The notes beneath the pieces were generated by a model. It saw only the letters and a list, made by a program, of their open reading frames with translations, made no database searches and had not been told where the DNA came from. A stretch of DNA of 32,000 bases from Saccharolobus solfataricus (GTDB taxonomy: Archaea > Thermoproteota > Thermoprotei_A > Sulfolobales > Sulfolobaceae), in contig NZ_LT549890.1 of assembly GCF_900079115.1 (NCBI RefSeq), positions 180,001-212,000 of the forward strand, in the 5' to 3' direction. The stretch's first letter is position 1. Every line of letters starts with the position of its first letter. The translations under genes were made by a program, and so were the position numbers. Of this stretch, positions 7,913 through 24,484 are shown piece by piece.

Positions 7913-8494
7913 TTACCTTGAACTTAAGGCTATTCTTTCTATCTCTTCTTTTCTTTTAATTGCAAAACTCTTAGAGTCATTGTTTGCTGCAGCAATTATT
8001 TCTTCTGCTAAAACTTCCTCAATAGGTTTTGGATTATTGAACGATGCATCCTTAGCACCGGTAGCTATATGCCTTAAGGCTAAGTCTATTCTTCTTTGTG
8101 GAGATACGTCTACTGCGACGTAATACACTATACCACCGTACATAATTCTAGTAACTTCTTCTCTAGGTGCGCTATTCTCTATGGCTCTAACTAATACTTG
8201 GATTGGGTTTTGACCAGTCTTTAAATAAATTATGTCGAATGCTAATTTAACAATATTATATGCTAAGTGTTTTTTTCCTTTATTTCTACCAGGTCTCATT
8301 ATTTGATTTATTAGCCTTTCAACTATTGGAACTTTAGCCTTACCAAATCTCCTATGTTCATGCCTACCCCCAGTGTGTGGCAAATAAACTGGCATTAGAG
8401 AAATGTACTTCTTTAAGCTAGGATCTCTGATTTCAACTTTAGTATCCCACTTACCAAACACTTTGATGTCTAATTGTAAGTTCTCTAAGGACAT
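7913..8494 (-). CDS. rps7: 30S ribosomal protein S7 (uS7)
   Basis: 193 aa. The motifs ...[37 protein letters not shown]... are typical archaeal uS7. GAGGT lies 8 nt upstream of the ATG. Confidence 0.95.
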   Translation of the reverse strand: MSLENLQLDIKVFGKWDTKVEIRDPSLKKYISLMPVYLPHTGGRHEHRRFGKAKVPIVERLINQIMRPGRNKGKKHLAYNIVKLAFDIIYLKTGQNPIQVLVRAIENSAPREEVTRIMYGGIVYYVAVDVSPQRRIDLALRHIATGAKDASFNNPKPIEEVLAEEIIAAANNDSKSFAIKRKEEIERIALSSR

Positions 8495-8530
8495 CTATTT
8501 GTTACCTCTTAATGGTATCTATGATTTGGA

Positions 8531-8542
8531 TATTTAAATTTA
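8531..8542. promoter_or_regulatory. palindromic A/T element (tATTTAAATtta), candidate shared TATA box for divergent rps7 and the DUF151 gene
   Basis: This is the only strong TATA-like element in the 75-bp divergent spacer. It lies ~42 nt from the rps7 ATG (leaving room for the GAGGT leader) and ~36 nt from ATG 8573. Confidence 0.35.
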
Positions 8543-8569
8543 TGATACATAAGTATATGTAGTGTATAC

Positions 8570-9049
8570 GTGATGAGTCTTCAACCAATCAAGGACGAGG
8601 ATTATATAAAAGTTAATTCTGTTGACGCATTCTTTATGCCTCTTCATGGTATACCAACTATAGTATGTTATTTGGAAGACGGAAGACAATTTTATCTATT
8701 CAGCGTACCTGCAGAAATCGTTATAGCAATAAATAAAACGAAAGGGAATAAAGAGGAGGAGTTTGGCGATAAAAGAGAAAATATATATGATATCATCTCG
8801 TTTATACCAGAAATCACCGAGGAATTTTCCAAGCATATAGAAAAAGTTATTATAGACGATATGATAAGGGATACGGGAGTTTACGTAGCTACAGTTGAAT
8901 TTAAATTTGATGGTGTAATAATTCAGAAAAGAATGATACCAAGTCATGCAATATTTCTTGCTATAATTTCAAATAAGCCGATTTTCGTTAAGAAAGGATT
9001 AGTTGATGAACAAGAAAAGGAAAGTAGAGAAGGACAACAAAAATTTTAG
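8570..9049 (+). CDS. bifunctional nuclease (BFN / DUF151) family protein
   Basis: 159 aa. The segments ...HIEKVIIDDMIRDTGVYVATVEF... and ...KRMIPSHAIFLAIISNKPIFVKKGLVDE align by eye to Thermotoga TM0160-type DUF151 proteins (DKVIIHSL.DNTFYATLVI; SRPSDAIILAVKTGAPIFVSDNLVEK). The track start is GTG 8570; an ATG follows at 8573. Confidence 0.7.
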   Translation: MMSLQPIKDEDYIKVNSVDAFFMPLHGIPTIVCYLEDGRQFYLFSVPAEIVIAINKTKGNKEEEFGDKRENIYDIISFIPEITEEFSKHIEKVIIDDMIRDTGVYVATVEFKFDGVIIQKRMIPSHAIFLAIISNKPIFVKKGLVDEQEKESREGQQKF

Positions 9050-9120
9050 AATTGTTCATTTTACTATTACAATTACAACTTATTGCTTCTAATATTTTAT
9101 AATGTTAGAATACAAAATAG

Positions 9121-9573
9121 TTACCTGACTGGCTTTTGCTTCTTACCCTTATATAACGCGTCTAGCGATACACCGTTTACCATTATAACCTTATACCTCA
9201 CTCCAGGTAAGTCACCCATTGATCTACCTAATGTACCTCCAATTCCAGTAATTATAACTTCATCATGTTCATCAATGAAATTAACTCCACCGTCCCCAGG
9301 CACAAATGCAGTAACAACTCTGCCATTTCTTACTAACTGAACTCTTACACATTTTCTAACCGCCGAATTTGGTTGCCTTGATTCTATTCCTACTTTTTCT
9401 AAAACTATTCCTCTTGCCATTGGAGCTCCTCCTAATGGATCATATTTCTCCTTTAACTTTAGTATCTTCGTCTTATACTTTCTTTGACTTCTTCTGAATT
9501 TTAATCTTTTTAGTCTTAACTTCCTAGCAGCGTATATCCCCTTAGGTGACTTGCTTTTAACCACCTTTTCCAA
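9121..9573 (-). CDS. rps12: 30S ribosomal protein S12 (uS12)
   Basis: The sequence ...[29 protein letters not shown]...[14 protein letters not shown] is typical uS12. The track start at 9573 is TTG; an in-frame GTG at 9564 would give 147 aa. Confidence 0.95.
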   Translation of the reverse strand: MEKVVKSKSPKGIYAARKLRLKRLKFRRSQRKYKTKILKLKEKYDPLGGAPMARGIVLEKVGIESRQPNSAVRKCVRVQLVRNGRVVTAFVPGDGGVNFIDEHDEVIITGIGGTLGRSMGDLPGVRYKVIMVNGVSLDALYKGKKQKPVR

Positions 9574-9578
9574 CCCCT

Positions 9579-10010
9579 TTAAACTATTACCACATTATCA
9601 ATATCCATATACCTCTTTAAAATTAGCTTTGCTCTTGCTACATTCCTACCATTCTTACCTATTGCTAATCCTTTATCTTGAGGATCTATATTTATATATA
9701 CTGACTTTTTAGAACTAGTATTTACTACTTTCACACTTCTAACTCTAGCTGGGCTCATTAGATTTTTTACCAATTCCTCTAAATTGTCACTATAAGCTAC
9801 TAGTTCTATATCTTTACCTATAATTTTCTTTAACTTTTTAACGTTAATACCGCTCTTACCTATAGCGACTCCCATATCTTTTGAATCTACTAGAAATATT
9901 ATCCTATTGTTTTCATTATCGATAATACAATCTCTCACATTAGCTCTTGTCACTTCTTGAAATAAGGAAATGTAACGTATCTCCTCTGGAGTTAATCTAA
10001 TTTCTGGCAG
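9579..10010 (-). CDS. nusA: archaeal NusA-like protein (two KH domains); 5' boundary unresolved (no canonical start upstream of the conserved N-terminus)
   Basis: There are two GxxG KH motifs ([16 protein letters not shown]). The first canonical start (GTG 9953) cuts off the in-frame conserved segment [19 protein letters not shown]. The frame is open up to the rpl30e stop at 10017-10019. CTG at 10010-10008 lies 6 nt after GGTGA. The 3' end is firm. Confidence 0.85.
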   Translation of the reverse strand: MPEIRLTPEEIRYISLFQEVTRANVRDCIIDNENNRIIFLVDSKDMGVAIGKSGINVKKLKKIIGKDIELVAYSDNLEELVKNLMSPARVRSVKVVNTSSKKSVYINIDPQDKGLAIGKNGRNVARAKLILKRYMDIDNVVIV

Positions 10011-10016
10011 AAAAAA

Positions 10017-17537
<7,521 letters not shown>

Positions 17538-17542
17538 TTAGT

Positions 17543-17797
17543 TCACCCACTAATTACATACCTATATGAGACAACTTCTCCATATAATTGACTCTTCCTT
17601 ATAATTCTAATTATATCCCCTGGTTTCGCATTTATACTCCTGGCAACGGGATCTGAAGCCCTTATCCAAGGTAATTGTTCTGGTCTAATTCCTAATTCTT
17701 TTAGAATTTTATACGCCTCATCGATATTAAGTACCTCATGCTTAGGTACAAGATAGTGAATTCTTGGATCAATTTTCTTATTAGATGATCCTCTCAT
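17543..17797 (-). CDS. rpoH: DNA-directed RNA polymerase subunit H (Rpo5)
   Basis: 84 aa; [40 protein letters not shown]...GDIIRIIR is typical of the RpoH/RPB5 C-terminal domain. It is the first gene of the rpo operon. Confidence 0.93.
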   Translation of the reverse strand: MRGSSNKKIDPRIHYLVPKHEVLNIDEAYKILKELGIRPEQLPWIRASDPVARSINAKPGDIIRIIRKSQLYGEVVSYRYVISG

Positions 17798-18135
17798 TAT
17801 TAACCATTATTCACATACTACATTTGGTTAATAAGAGTTTTACTCTGACTTACTTAATAGACTATATAATATTCGATGCGTTACCTTTCAAGTACTTTGT
17901 AATTTTATTCAGTAATTCATATATAAACATTAAATCCAATTTTAGAGACATTTACTCCTATTCGGCAATAAATTATCCTAAATAGTATCAAGCAACCTCT
18001 CAGTCGAAATATTCATCTATAATATATTGACTTTTTCAAATATATAAAATTAATTATTATAATATCATTTTAATCATAACTATAATAATATTATTAAAAA
18101 GAAAGTTTGTCTTCCACGCAATTTTGTAGTAAACT

Positions 18136-18144
18136 AATTTATTC
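18136..18144 (+). promoter_or_regulatory. candidate TATA box (aaTTTATTc) for infB
   Basis: The centre lies ~30 nt upstream of ATG 18171. GGTGA abuts the ATG with no spacer, so a leaderless or very short-leader mRNA is more likely than SD-dependent initiation. Confidence 0.3.
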
Positions 18145-18170
18145 TAATAATACATTAAGGTCATAGGTGA

Positions 18171-19973
18171 ATGAAAATTAGCAACTCTGAGAGAAGGCTT
18201 AGGCAACCTATAGTAGTAGTATTAGGCCATGTAGATCATGGAAAAACTACACTACTTGATAAAATAAGGGGTACAACAGTAGTTAAAAAGGAACCTGGAG
18301 AAATGACACAAGAGGTAGGAGCTAGTTTCGTTCCAAGTTATATAATTGAAAAATTAGCAGAACCTCTTAAGAAGGTAATACCCATAAAACTTCAGATACC
18401 AGGATTATTGTTTATTGACACGCCAGGTCATGAATATTTTTCAAACTTGAGAAGAAGAGGTGGAAGCGTAGCAGATATTGCGATCCTAGTTGTTGATATA
18501 ACTGAAGGCCTACAGAAGCAATCAATAGAATCAATACAAATACTAAGAGAAAGAAAAGTTCCATTTCTCATAGCTGCTAATAAAATAGATAAAATACCCG
18601 GATGGAAATCAAATAATGACATACCGTTTTTAGCATCAATCGAGAAACAGAGGAATGATGTGAAAGTTTATCTAGACAACTTAGTCTATAATTTAGTTTC
18701 TCAATTAGCAAACTTAGGCTTTAGCTCAGAACGTTATGATAGAATAAAGGATTTCACTAAAACAGTAGCAATAGTTCCGGTTTCTGCAAAGACCGGTGAA
18801 GGCGTTGCAGATCTTTTAGCATTACTAGCTGGATTAACCCAAAGGTACTTAGAGACTAGATTAAAATTTGCAGAGGGTCCAGCAAAGGGAGTTATATTAG
18901 AAGTAAAAGAAGATCCAGGGTTAGGACACACCATAGATGTTATAATTTATGATGGAGTGCTTAAGAAAAATGATACTATAATATTAGGAGGCATTAACGG
19001 CATTATTATAACTAAAGTTAGAGGAATATTTGTACCTAGACCATTACAAGATATGAAATTAAGCAAGTATGATCTAACGCCAATAGATGAAGTATATGCA
19101 GCAGCTGGAGTGAAGATATCTGCACCCAATTTAGAGGAAGCATTAGCTGGATCACCAATTTATGTGGTAGAAGACGAGTCTAAGGTTGAGCGATATAAAC
19201 AACAGATAGAAGAGGAAATTAAAGAAGTTAGACTCTACAGCGATATTGACGGAATAATACTCAAGGCAGATAGTTTAGGAACATTAGAAGCCTTAGTTAG
19301 TGCTCTGCAGCGTGAAGGGATTCCAATAAGGCTAGCGGACATAGGGCCGATTTCGAAAAGAGATGTTATAGAAGCGAGTATAGTAGCTCAAAGATCAAAA
19401 GAATATGGAATTATTGCTGCTTTTAGAGTAAAGTTATTACAAGGAATTGATACTAGTGGAATAAAAATATTGTATAACGAAATAATTTATCAATTAATCG
19501 AAGATATCAAGAAGCATATTAATGATGTCAGGGAAGCGGAAAAAAGGCGCACGTTTGACACATTAATATTGCCAGGGAAAATAAAGATCTTGCCGGGTTA
19601 TGTATTTAGACGCAGTGACCCAGTAGTAGTAGGTATTGAGGTTATAGGAGGCATTATAAGACCTAAGTATCCGTTAATTAAGGAAGATGGAAGGAGAGTC
19701 GGTGAGGTACTACAAATCCAGGATAATAAGAAAAGTCTAGAAAGAGCCACTAAAGGAATGGAAGTTGCAATATCAATTAAAGGCAATATAATGATTGGGA
19801 GACATGTAAATGAAGGGGATGTTTTATACACAGACGTACCTAAAGAAGACCTCGAGATATTAGTCAACAAGTATCCAAGTTCTATTACAGATGATATGAG
19901 GGAAGTAATAAAAGAAATAATAAGAATAAAGAGAAAAGAAGATCCTTTATATGGATTAGGATTACAGATCTGA
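18171..19973 (+). CDS. infB: translation initiation factor aIF5B (IF-2 homologue)
   Basis: 600 aa with the GTPase motifs [17 protein letters not shown] and NKID. Domain order is typical of aIF5B. Confidence 0.95.
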   Translation: MKISNSERRLRQPIVVVLGHVDHGKTTLLDKIRGTTVVKKEPGEMTQEVGASFVPSYIIEKLAEPLKKVIPIKLQIPGLLFIDTPGHEYFSNLRRRGGSVADIAILVVDITEGLQKQSIESIQILRERKVPFLIAANKIDKIPGWKSNNDIPFLASIEKQRNDVKVYLDNLVYNLVSQLANLGFSSERYDRIKDFTKTVAIVPVSAKTGEGVADLLALLAGLTQRYLETRLKFAEGPAKGVILEVKEDPGLGHTIDVIIYDGVLKKNDTIILGGINGIIITKVRGIFVPRPLQDMKLSKYDLTPIDEVYAAAGVKISAPNLEEALAGSPIYVVEDESKVERYKQQIEEEIKEVRLYSDIDGIILKADSLGTLEALVSALQREGIPIRLADIGPISKRDVIEASIVAQRSKEYGIIAAFRVKLLQGIDTSGIKILYNEIIYQLIEDIKKHINDVREAEKRRTFDTLILPGKIKILPGYVFRRSDPVVVGIEVIGGIIRPKYPLIKEDGRRVGEVLQIQDNKKSLERATKGMEVAISIKGNIMIGRHVNEGDVLYTDVPKEDLEILVNKYPSSITDDMREVIKEIIRIKRKEDPLYGLGLQI

Positions 19974-20378
19974 TTTATCGAAGAATAACGACATCTCTCG
20001 CTGAGCTTTTTCAATAGAATCAGATGCATGAATGACGTTTTCTGACTTAGATAACGCATAATCTCCTCTTATAGTGCCAGGAGGTGCCTCTTTAGGATCT
20101 GTATTACCAATCATTCGCCTTATCACTTGCACTACGTCATCGCCTTCTATCACCATGCATACTACTGGACCAGAGGTCACGTAATTTACAAGTTCTTCAA
20201 AGAAACTTTTTCCTTTGTGCTCCTCATACAATTTTTCAGCTGTGTCCCTTGACATTTTCACCATTTTAAGAGATACAATTTTTAATCCCCTTTTCTCAAA
20301 TCTACTAATTATCTCGCCTATTAATCCCCTCTTAACTCCATCTGGCTTTATCATTACAAATGTTCTTTGTGCAACCAT
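19962..20378 (-). CDS. ndk: nucleoside diphosphate kinase
   Basis: 138 aa; [20 protein letters not shown]..., ...GTIRGDYA... and NVIHASD (active-site His) are present. Confidence 0.95.
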   Translation of the reverse strand: MVAQRTFVMIKPDGVKRGLIGEIISRFEKRGLKIVSLKMVKMSRDTAEKLYEEHKGKSFFEELVNYVTSGPVVCMVIEGDDVVQVIRRMIGNTDPKEAPPGTIRGDYALSKSENVIHASDSIEKAQREMSLFFDKSDL

Positions 20379-20381
20379 TTT

Positions 20382-20567
20382 TCATCGAACCTTCATATAT
20401 CTAGTAGTCCATTTATACTTCTTTGGATCTCTATGATACTTCAGCATTGATTTCCTACACTTACTTGAACAAAACCACAAGATTGTACCATCATTCCTTA
20501 CATACATTAATCCAGTTCCTGGAGGTATTTCATGACCACAGAAACTACATTGCCTAGTAGTAGGCAT
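20382..20567 (-). CDS. rpl24e: 50S ribosomal protein L24e (eL24)
   Basis: 61 aa with zinc ribbon [13 protein letters not shown]...FCSSKC. Confidence 0.93.
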   Translation of the reverse strand: MPTTRQCSFCGHEIPPGTGLMYVRNDGTILWFCSSKCRKSMLKYHRDPKKYKWTTRYMKVR

Positions 20568-20582
20568 TTAAACCACAAATAA

Positions 20583-21548
<966 letters not shown>

Positions 21549-21554
21549 TGAGAT

Positions 21555-22982
21555 ACGGATGATGATGTAAAAATAGGATTAGAAGTTCATGTTCATATAA
21601 CTGCATTGAAAACTAAACTATTCTGTTCATGTCCATCGGATTATACTGGAAAAGACCCGAATACAGTAACTTGTCCCGTATGTTTAGGATTACCTGGGGC
21701 TATTCCCGTATTAAATGAAAATGCAGTAAAATACGGTATCTTAACTGCATTAGCCCTTAACTGTCAAATTGCTGAAAAATTGATTTTCGATAGAAAACAC
21801 TATTTTTATCCAGATATGTCTAAAAATTATCAGATATCTCAGTATGATGGACCAGGTAGTATGGCCATAGCCAAAGACGGTTATATCAAATTAAATGATA
21901 AAATCATAAGAATTAGAAGAATAAATATAGAAGAAGATCCGGCAAAGATAGTCTACCCTACTGGTTCTATACTAACTAGCAAATATACGTTACTAGACTA
22001 TAATAGATCTGGTACACCATTGTTAGAAATTGTAACAGAACCAGATCTAAGGTCTGCTAAAGAAGCCAGATTCTTCCTAGAAAAATTAAGGTCAATCCTA
22101 GAACATTTAGGTGTATGTGATTGTGGTATTGAAGGTGCAATGAAAGCTGATGTAAATATATCAGTAAAAGGAGGAGAGAGAGTGGAAGTTAAGAATGTGG
22201 GTTCTCCTAAAGACGTTGAGGATGCTATAAATTATGAAATTGCAAGACAGAGAGCTAGTATACTACAAGGTATCAAGATAGAAAGAGAGACTAGACATTG
22301 GGATAACGAAAGGAGAGTTACAGTACCTTTACGAACTAAAGAGACTGAGGAGGATTATAGATATTTTCCAGATCCAGATTTACCGCCATACTCAATAACA
22401 CCAGAGCTTATCGAGAAGTTTAAACGTGAAATGCCAGAGTTACCAGACCAGAGAGCGGAGAGATTTGTAAAACAATACAACGTTACTCCATATCAAGCTC
22501 AAGTTTTAGTTAATGAAAAAGCGTTAGCAGATTTATTTGAAGAAATCACAAACAACTATAAAAACTATGCCAAAGTCGCAAATCTGCTAATTAACGATTA
22601 CATGAGATGGCTTAACGAAAATAATATCACAGTAACACAAAGTAAAGCCAAAGCTAATCATATCATTGAACTATTTGAATACTTAGATTCTGGCTTAATA
22701 TCAATAAAAATAGTAAAAGAACTACTACCTGAAATGATCTTAACTGGAAAAACTCCGGGACAACTAATTAAGGAAAAGGGTATGACAAACATCAAAGATG
22801 AGAACTACTTAGAAAGGATTATAGATGAAGTATTAAATGAAGAGAAAGAGGCTGTAGAGAAAGCTAAGAGAGATCCAAAAGTTGTAAATTATTTAGTAGG
22901 TATGGTAATGAAGAAGACGGGGAAAAGAGCTGACCCTCAAATGACAGTTGAAATAATAAAAAAGAAGCTAGGTTTAACTTAA
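21555..22982 (+). CDS. gatB: Asp/Glu-tRNA(Asn/Gln) amidotransferase subunit B; 5' boundary unresolved
   Basis: The track ORF (TTG 21606) starts inside the family-defining N-terminus. In frame upstream is DTDDDVKIGLEVHVHITA (compare bacterial VIGLEVHVEL), bounded by TGA TGA at 21546-21551. The only start-like in-frame codon is ACG 21555, 6 nt after GGTGA. The C-terminal GatB/YqeY-like tail is present. Confidence 0.88.
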   Translation, partial: TDDDVKIGLEVHVHITALKTKLFCSCPSDYTGKDPNTVTCPVCLGLPGAIPVLNENAVKYGILTALALNCQIAEKLIFDRKHYFYPDMSKNYQISQYDGPGSMAIAKDGYIKLNDKIIRIRRINIEEDPAKIVYPTGSILTSKYTLLDYNRSGTPLLEIVTEPDLRSAKEARFFLEKLRSILEHLGVCDCGIEGAMKADVNISVKGGERVEVKNVGSPKDVEDAINYEIARQRASILQGIKIERETRHWDNERRVTVPLRTKETEEDYRYFPDPDLPPYSITPELIEKFKREMPELPDQRAERFVKQYNVTPYQAQVLVNEKALADLFEEITNNYKNYAKVANLLINDYMRWLNENNITVTQSKAKANHIIELFEYLDSGLISIKIVKELLPEMILTGKTPGQLIKEKGMTNIKDENYLERIIDEVLNEEKEAVEKAKRDPKVVNYLVGMVMKKTGKRADPQMTVEIIKKKLGLT

Positions 22983-22983
22983 C

Positions 22984-23724
22984 ATGGAGATTTTTATGTT
23001 ACAGAGTAATCAAATAAAGGAAAAAGAATTACGGCTTAGGCTATTTAGTGTAGATATCTTAAAAGAATTGAAAAACATTTATACTTACAAAGAATTGTCC
23101 AAATTCTTCAATATTCAAGAAAGTTTGATATGTAGATACGTTAACGGGAGAACAATACCTAGCGAGAGACAAGCTTTAGAAATCGTTACAAGGATAAAGA
23201 ATAAGGAATTTCTATATAACTTCTTTATAAGAAAAATAAGAGTTTATGAAGATGATTTCATAGATGTATCTAATTTGCTATTTTATCCTAACTTACTAAA
23301 AACATTTCTAGAATTATATTTAATTAAATTAAATAAAGTTAGTGATGTAACAAAAATAGTAGGCATTGCCTCAAACGGAATCCCATTTGCTACAATAGTA
23401 GCTTCAATATTAGAAAAACCACTCATAATATCGAAAAAACATAAGGACTCTACTCAGATACAATATATTGAGGAGAATATCAGAGAAAGTAATGGCGTAA
23501 TTTCAACACTTTACATAAGGGGTGATTATATTTCAAAAAAGGATAAGATACTTATAGTTGATGATGTAATTAGAAGTGGAAAAACCCTACTTTCACTTTA
23601 CAACTTGATAGGTAAAGCGAATGCAAGTGTAGTAGGGGCTCTTATAATAGCAACTAATACTGATACTTGGAAGGATAAATTCATAAACAAAGATATAAAT
23701 CTTATGGTGCTTTTTAAAGTATGA
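22984..23724 (+). CDS. HTH (Cro/C1-like) domain fused to a type I phosphoribosyltransferase domain; putative PRPP/nucleotide-responsive regulator
   Basis: 246 aa. The N-terminus YKELSKFFNIQESLICRYVNGRTIPSERQALEI looks like a helix-turn-helix. The C-terminus has the PRPP loop KILIVDDVIRSGKT. It starts 1 nt after the gatB stop. Confidence 0.6.
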   Translation: MEIFMLQSNQIKEKELRLRLFSVDILKELKNIYTYKELSKFFNIQESLICRYVNGRTIPSERQALEIVTRIKNKEFLYNFFIRKIRVYEDDFIDVSNLLFYPNLLKTFLELYLIKLNKVSDVTKIVGIASNGIPFATIVASILEKPLIISKKHKDSTQIQYIEENIRESNGVISTLYIRGDYISKKDKILIVDDVIRSGKTLLSLYNLIGKANASVVGALIIATNTDTWKDKFINKDINLMVLFKV

Positions 23725-24263
23725 GTATAGCTAAAATTCAAAGAAATGTTTACGTCATAGGTGGTAAGTTAATAGACGATAATGATACCAATGCATATCT
23801 AGTTTATGATGACGAAAAAAATTATTATACACTTATTGACACTACAACTGGTGCTAACATTCGATACGTAATAGAGAGCCTTTTAGAGATCTTAAAGGGA
23901 AAGGATAAACTAAAGTACGTCATATTAACAAGCTGTAAGTTTGAAAATAGTGGTGGATTATACTATATTTATAATTTATTTAAACCAATTACAATAGCAC
24001 ATTTTCCAGATTCTATAATGATCAGAAAAGGTGAGTGCGAAAATAGATTATATACCCCATCCCCAATATCATTAGAAATTAAGCAGAAACAATATATTTT
24101 GGATAATCTTTTAATACTCCTTAGTAAAAATATCACTAATGGAAATATAGTGGTAAAATATAATGATGTCTTGTTTTCTGGAAGTAATACAAAGATCACA
24201 CAATATTCTAAATACATAAAATATATTTGCGATGTAAACAAATGTAGATCAGTGAGTGATTAA
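23721..24263 (+). CDS. metallo-beta-lactamase-fold-like protein lacking the HxHxDH metal motif (putative pseudoenzyme)
   Basis: 180 aa. NVYVIGG...NAYLVYDD...YTLIDTTTG...KYVILTSCKFENSGGL follows the MBL beta-strand/motif order, but THxHxDH is replaced by TSCKFEN. It has an ATGA overlap with the upstream gene. Confidence 0.45.
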   Translation: MSIAKIQRNVYVIGGKLIDDNDTNAYLVYDDEKNYYTLIDTTTGANIRYVIESLLEILKGKDKLKYVILTSCKFENSGGLYYIYNLFKPITIAHFPDSIMIRKGECENRLYTPSPISLEIKQKQYILDNLLILLSKNITNGNIVVKYNDVLFSGSNTKITQYSKYIKYICDVNKCRSVSD

Positions 24264-24264
24264 A

Positions 24265-24474
24265 ATGGTATTCGAGGAAAGTTGTCAATCTTGTGGAAAA
24301 ATAAAGGAAACGAAATACTGCTCAGTACTCAAAATTAATGTTTGCTATGAATGCTGCACATTATGCAAAAAGCGAATTGATTGTAATCTAAGAGTTTGGT
24401 TCAAAGATTTAATTCCAAATAAAAAACAACAGCTTAGAAAACAAGAAAAAACTACATTAGAAAAATACTTTTGA
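24265..24474 (+). CDS. small cysteine-rich protein (8 Cys in first 40 aa) with basic C-terminal tail
   Basis: MVFEESCQSCGKIKETKYCSVLKINVCYECCTLCKKRIDCNLRVWF...KKQQLRKQEK. The pattern is C-x2-C-x8-C-x7-C-x2-CC-x2-C-x5-C. ATG 24265 comes 1 nt after the upstream stop. Coding status rests on packing and the Cys pattern only. Confidence 0.45.
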   Translation: MVFEESCQSCGKIKETKYCSVLKINVCYECCTLCKKRIDCNLRVWFKDLIPNKKQQLRKQEKTTLEKYF

Positions 24475-24484
24475 TTAATATATG

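Noticed and set aside
8696-8947. 83-aa minus-strand ORF inside the DUF151 gene
   Set aside because: It is antisense to an ORF with clear family similarity. It is Phe/Tyr/Ile/Asn-rich, typical of antisense A/T-rich sequence.
17798-18170. Replication origin in the long A/T-rich spacer
   Set aside because: There is no cdc6/orc1 or whiP gene nearby. I could find no inverted ORB-type repeats (only a lone ttccac fragment at about 18110). It is more simply a large divergent promoter region.
19598-20059. 153-aa minus-strand ORF
   Set aside because: It is antisense to the well-supported infB C-terminus and out of frame with ndk. It is Ser/Leu/Ile-rich with no motif.
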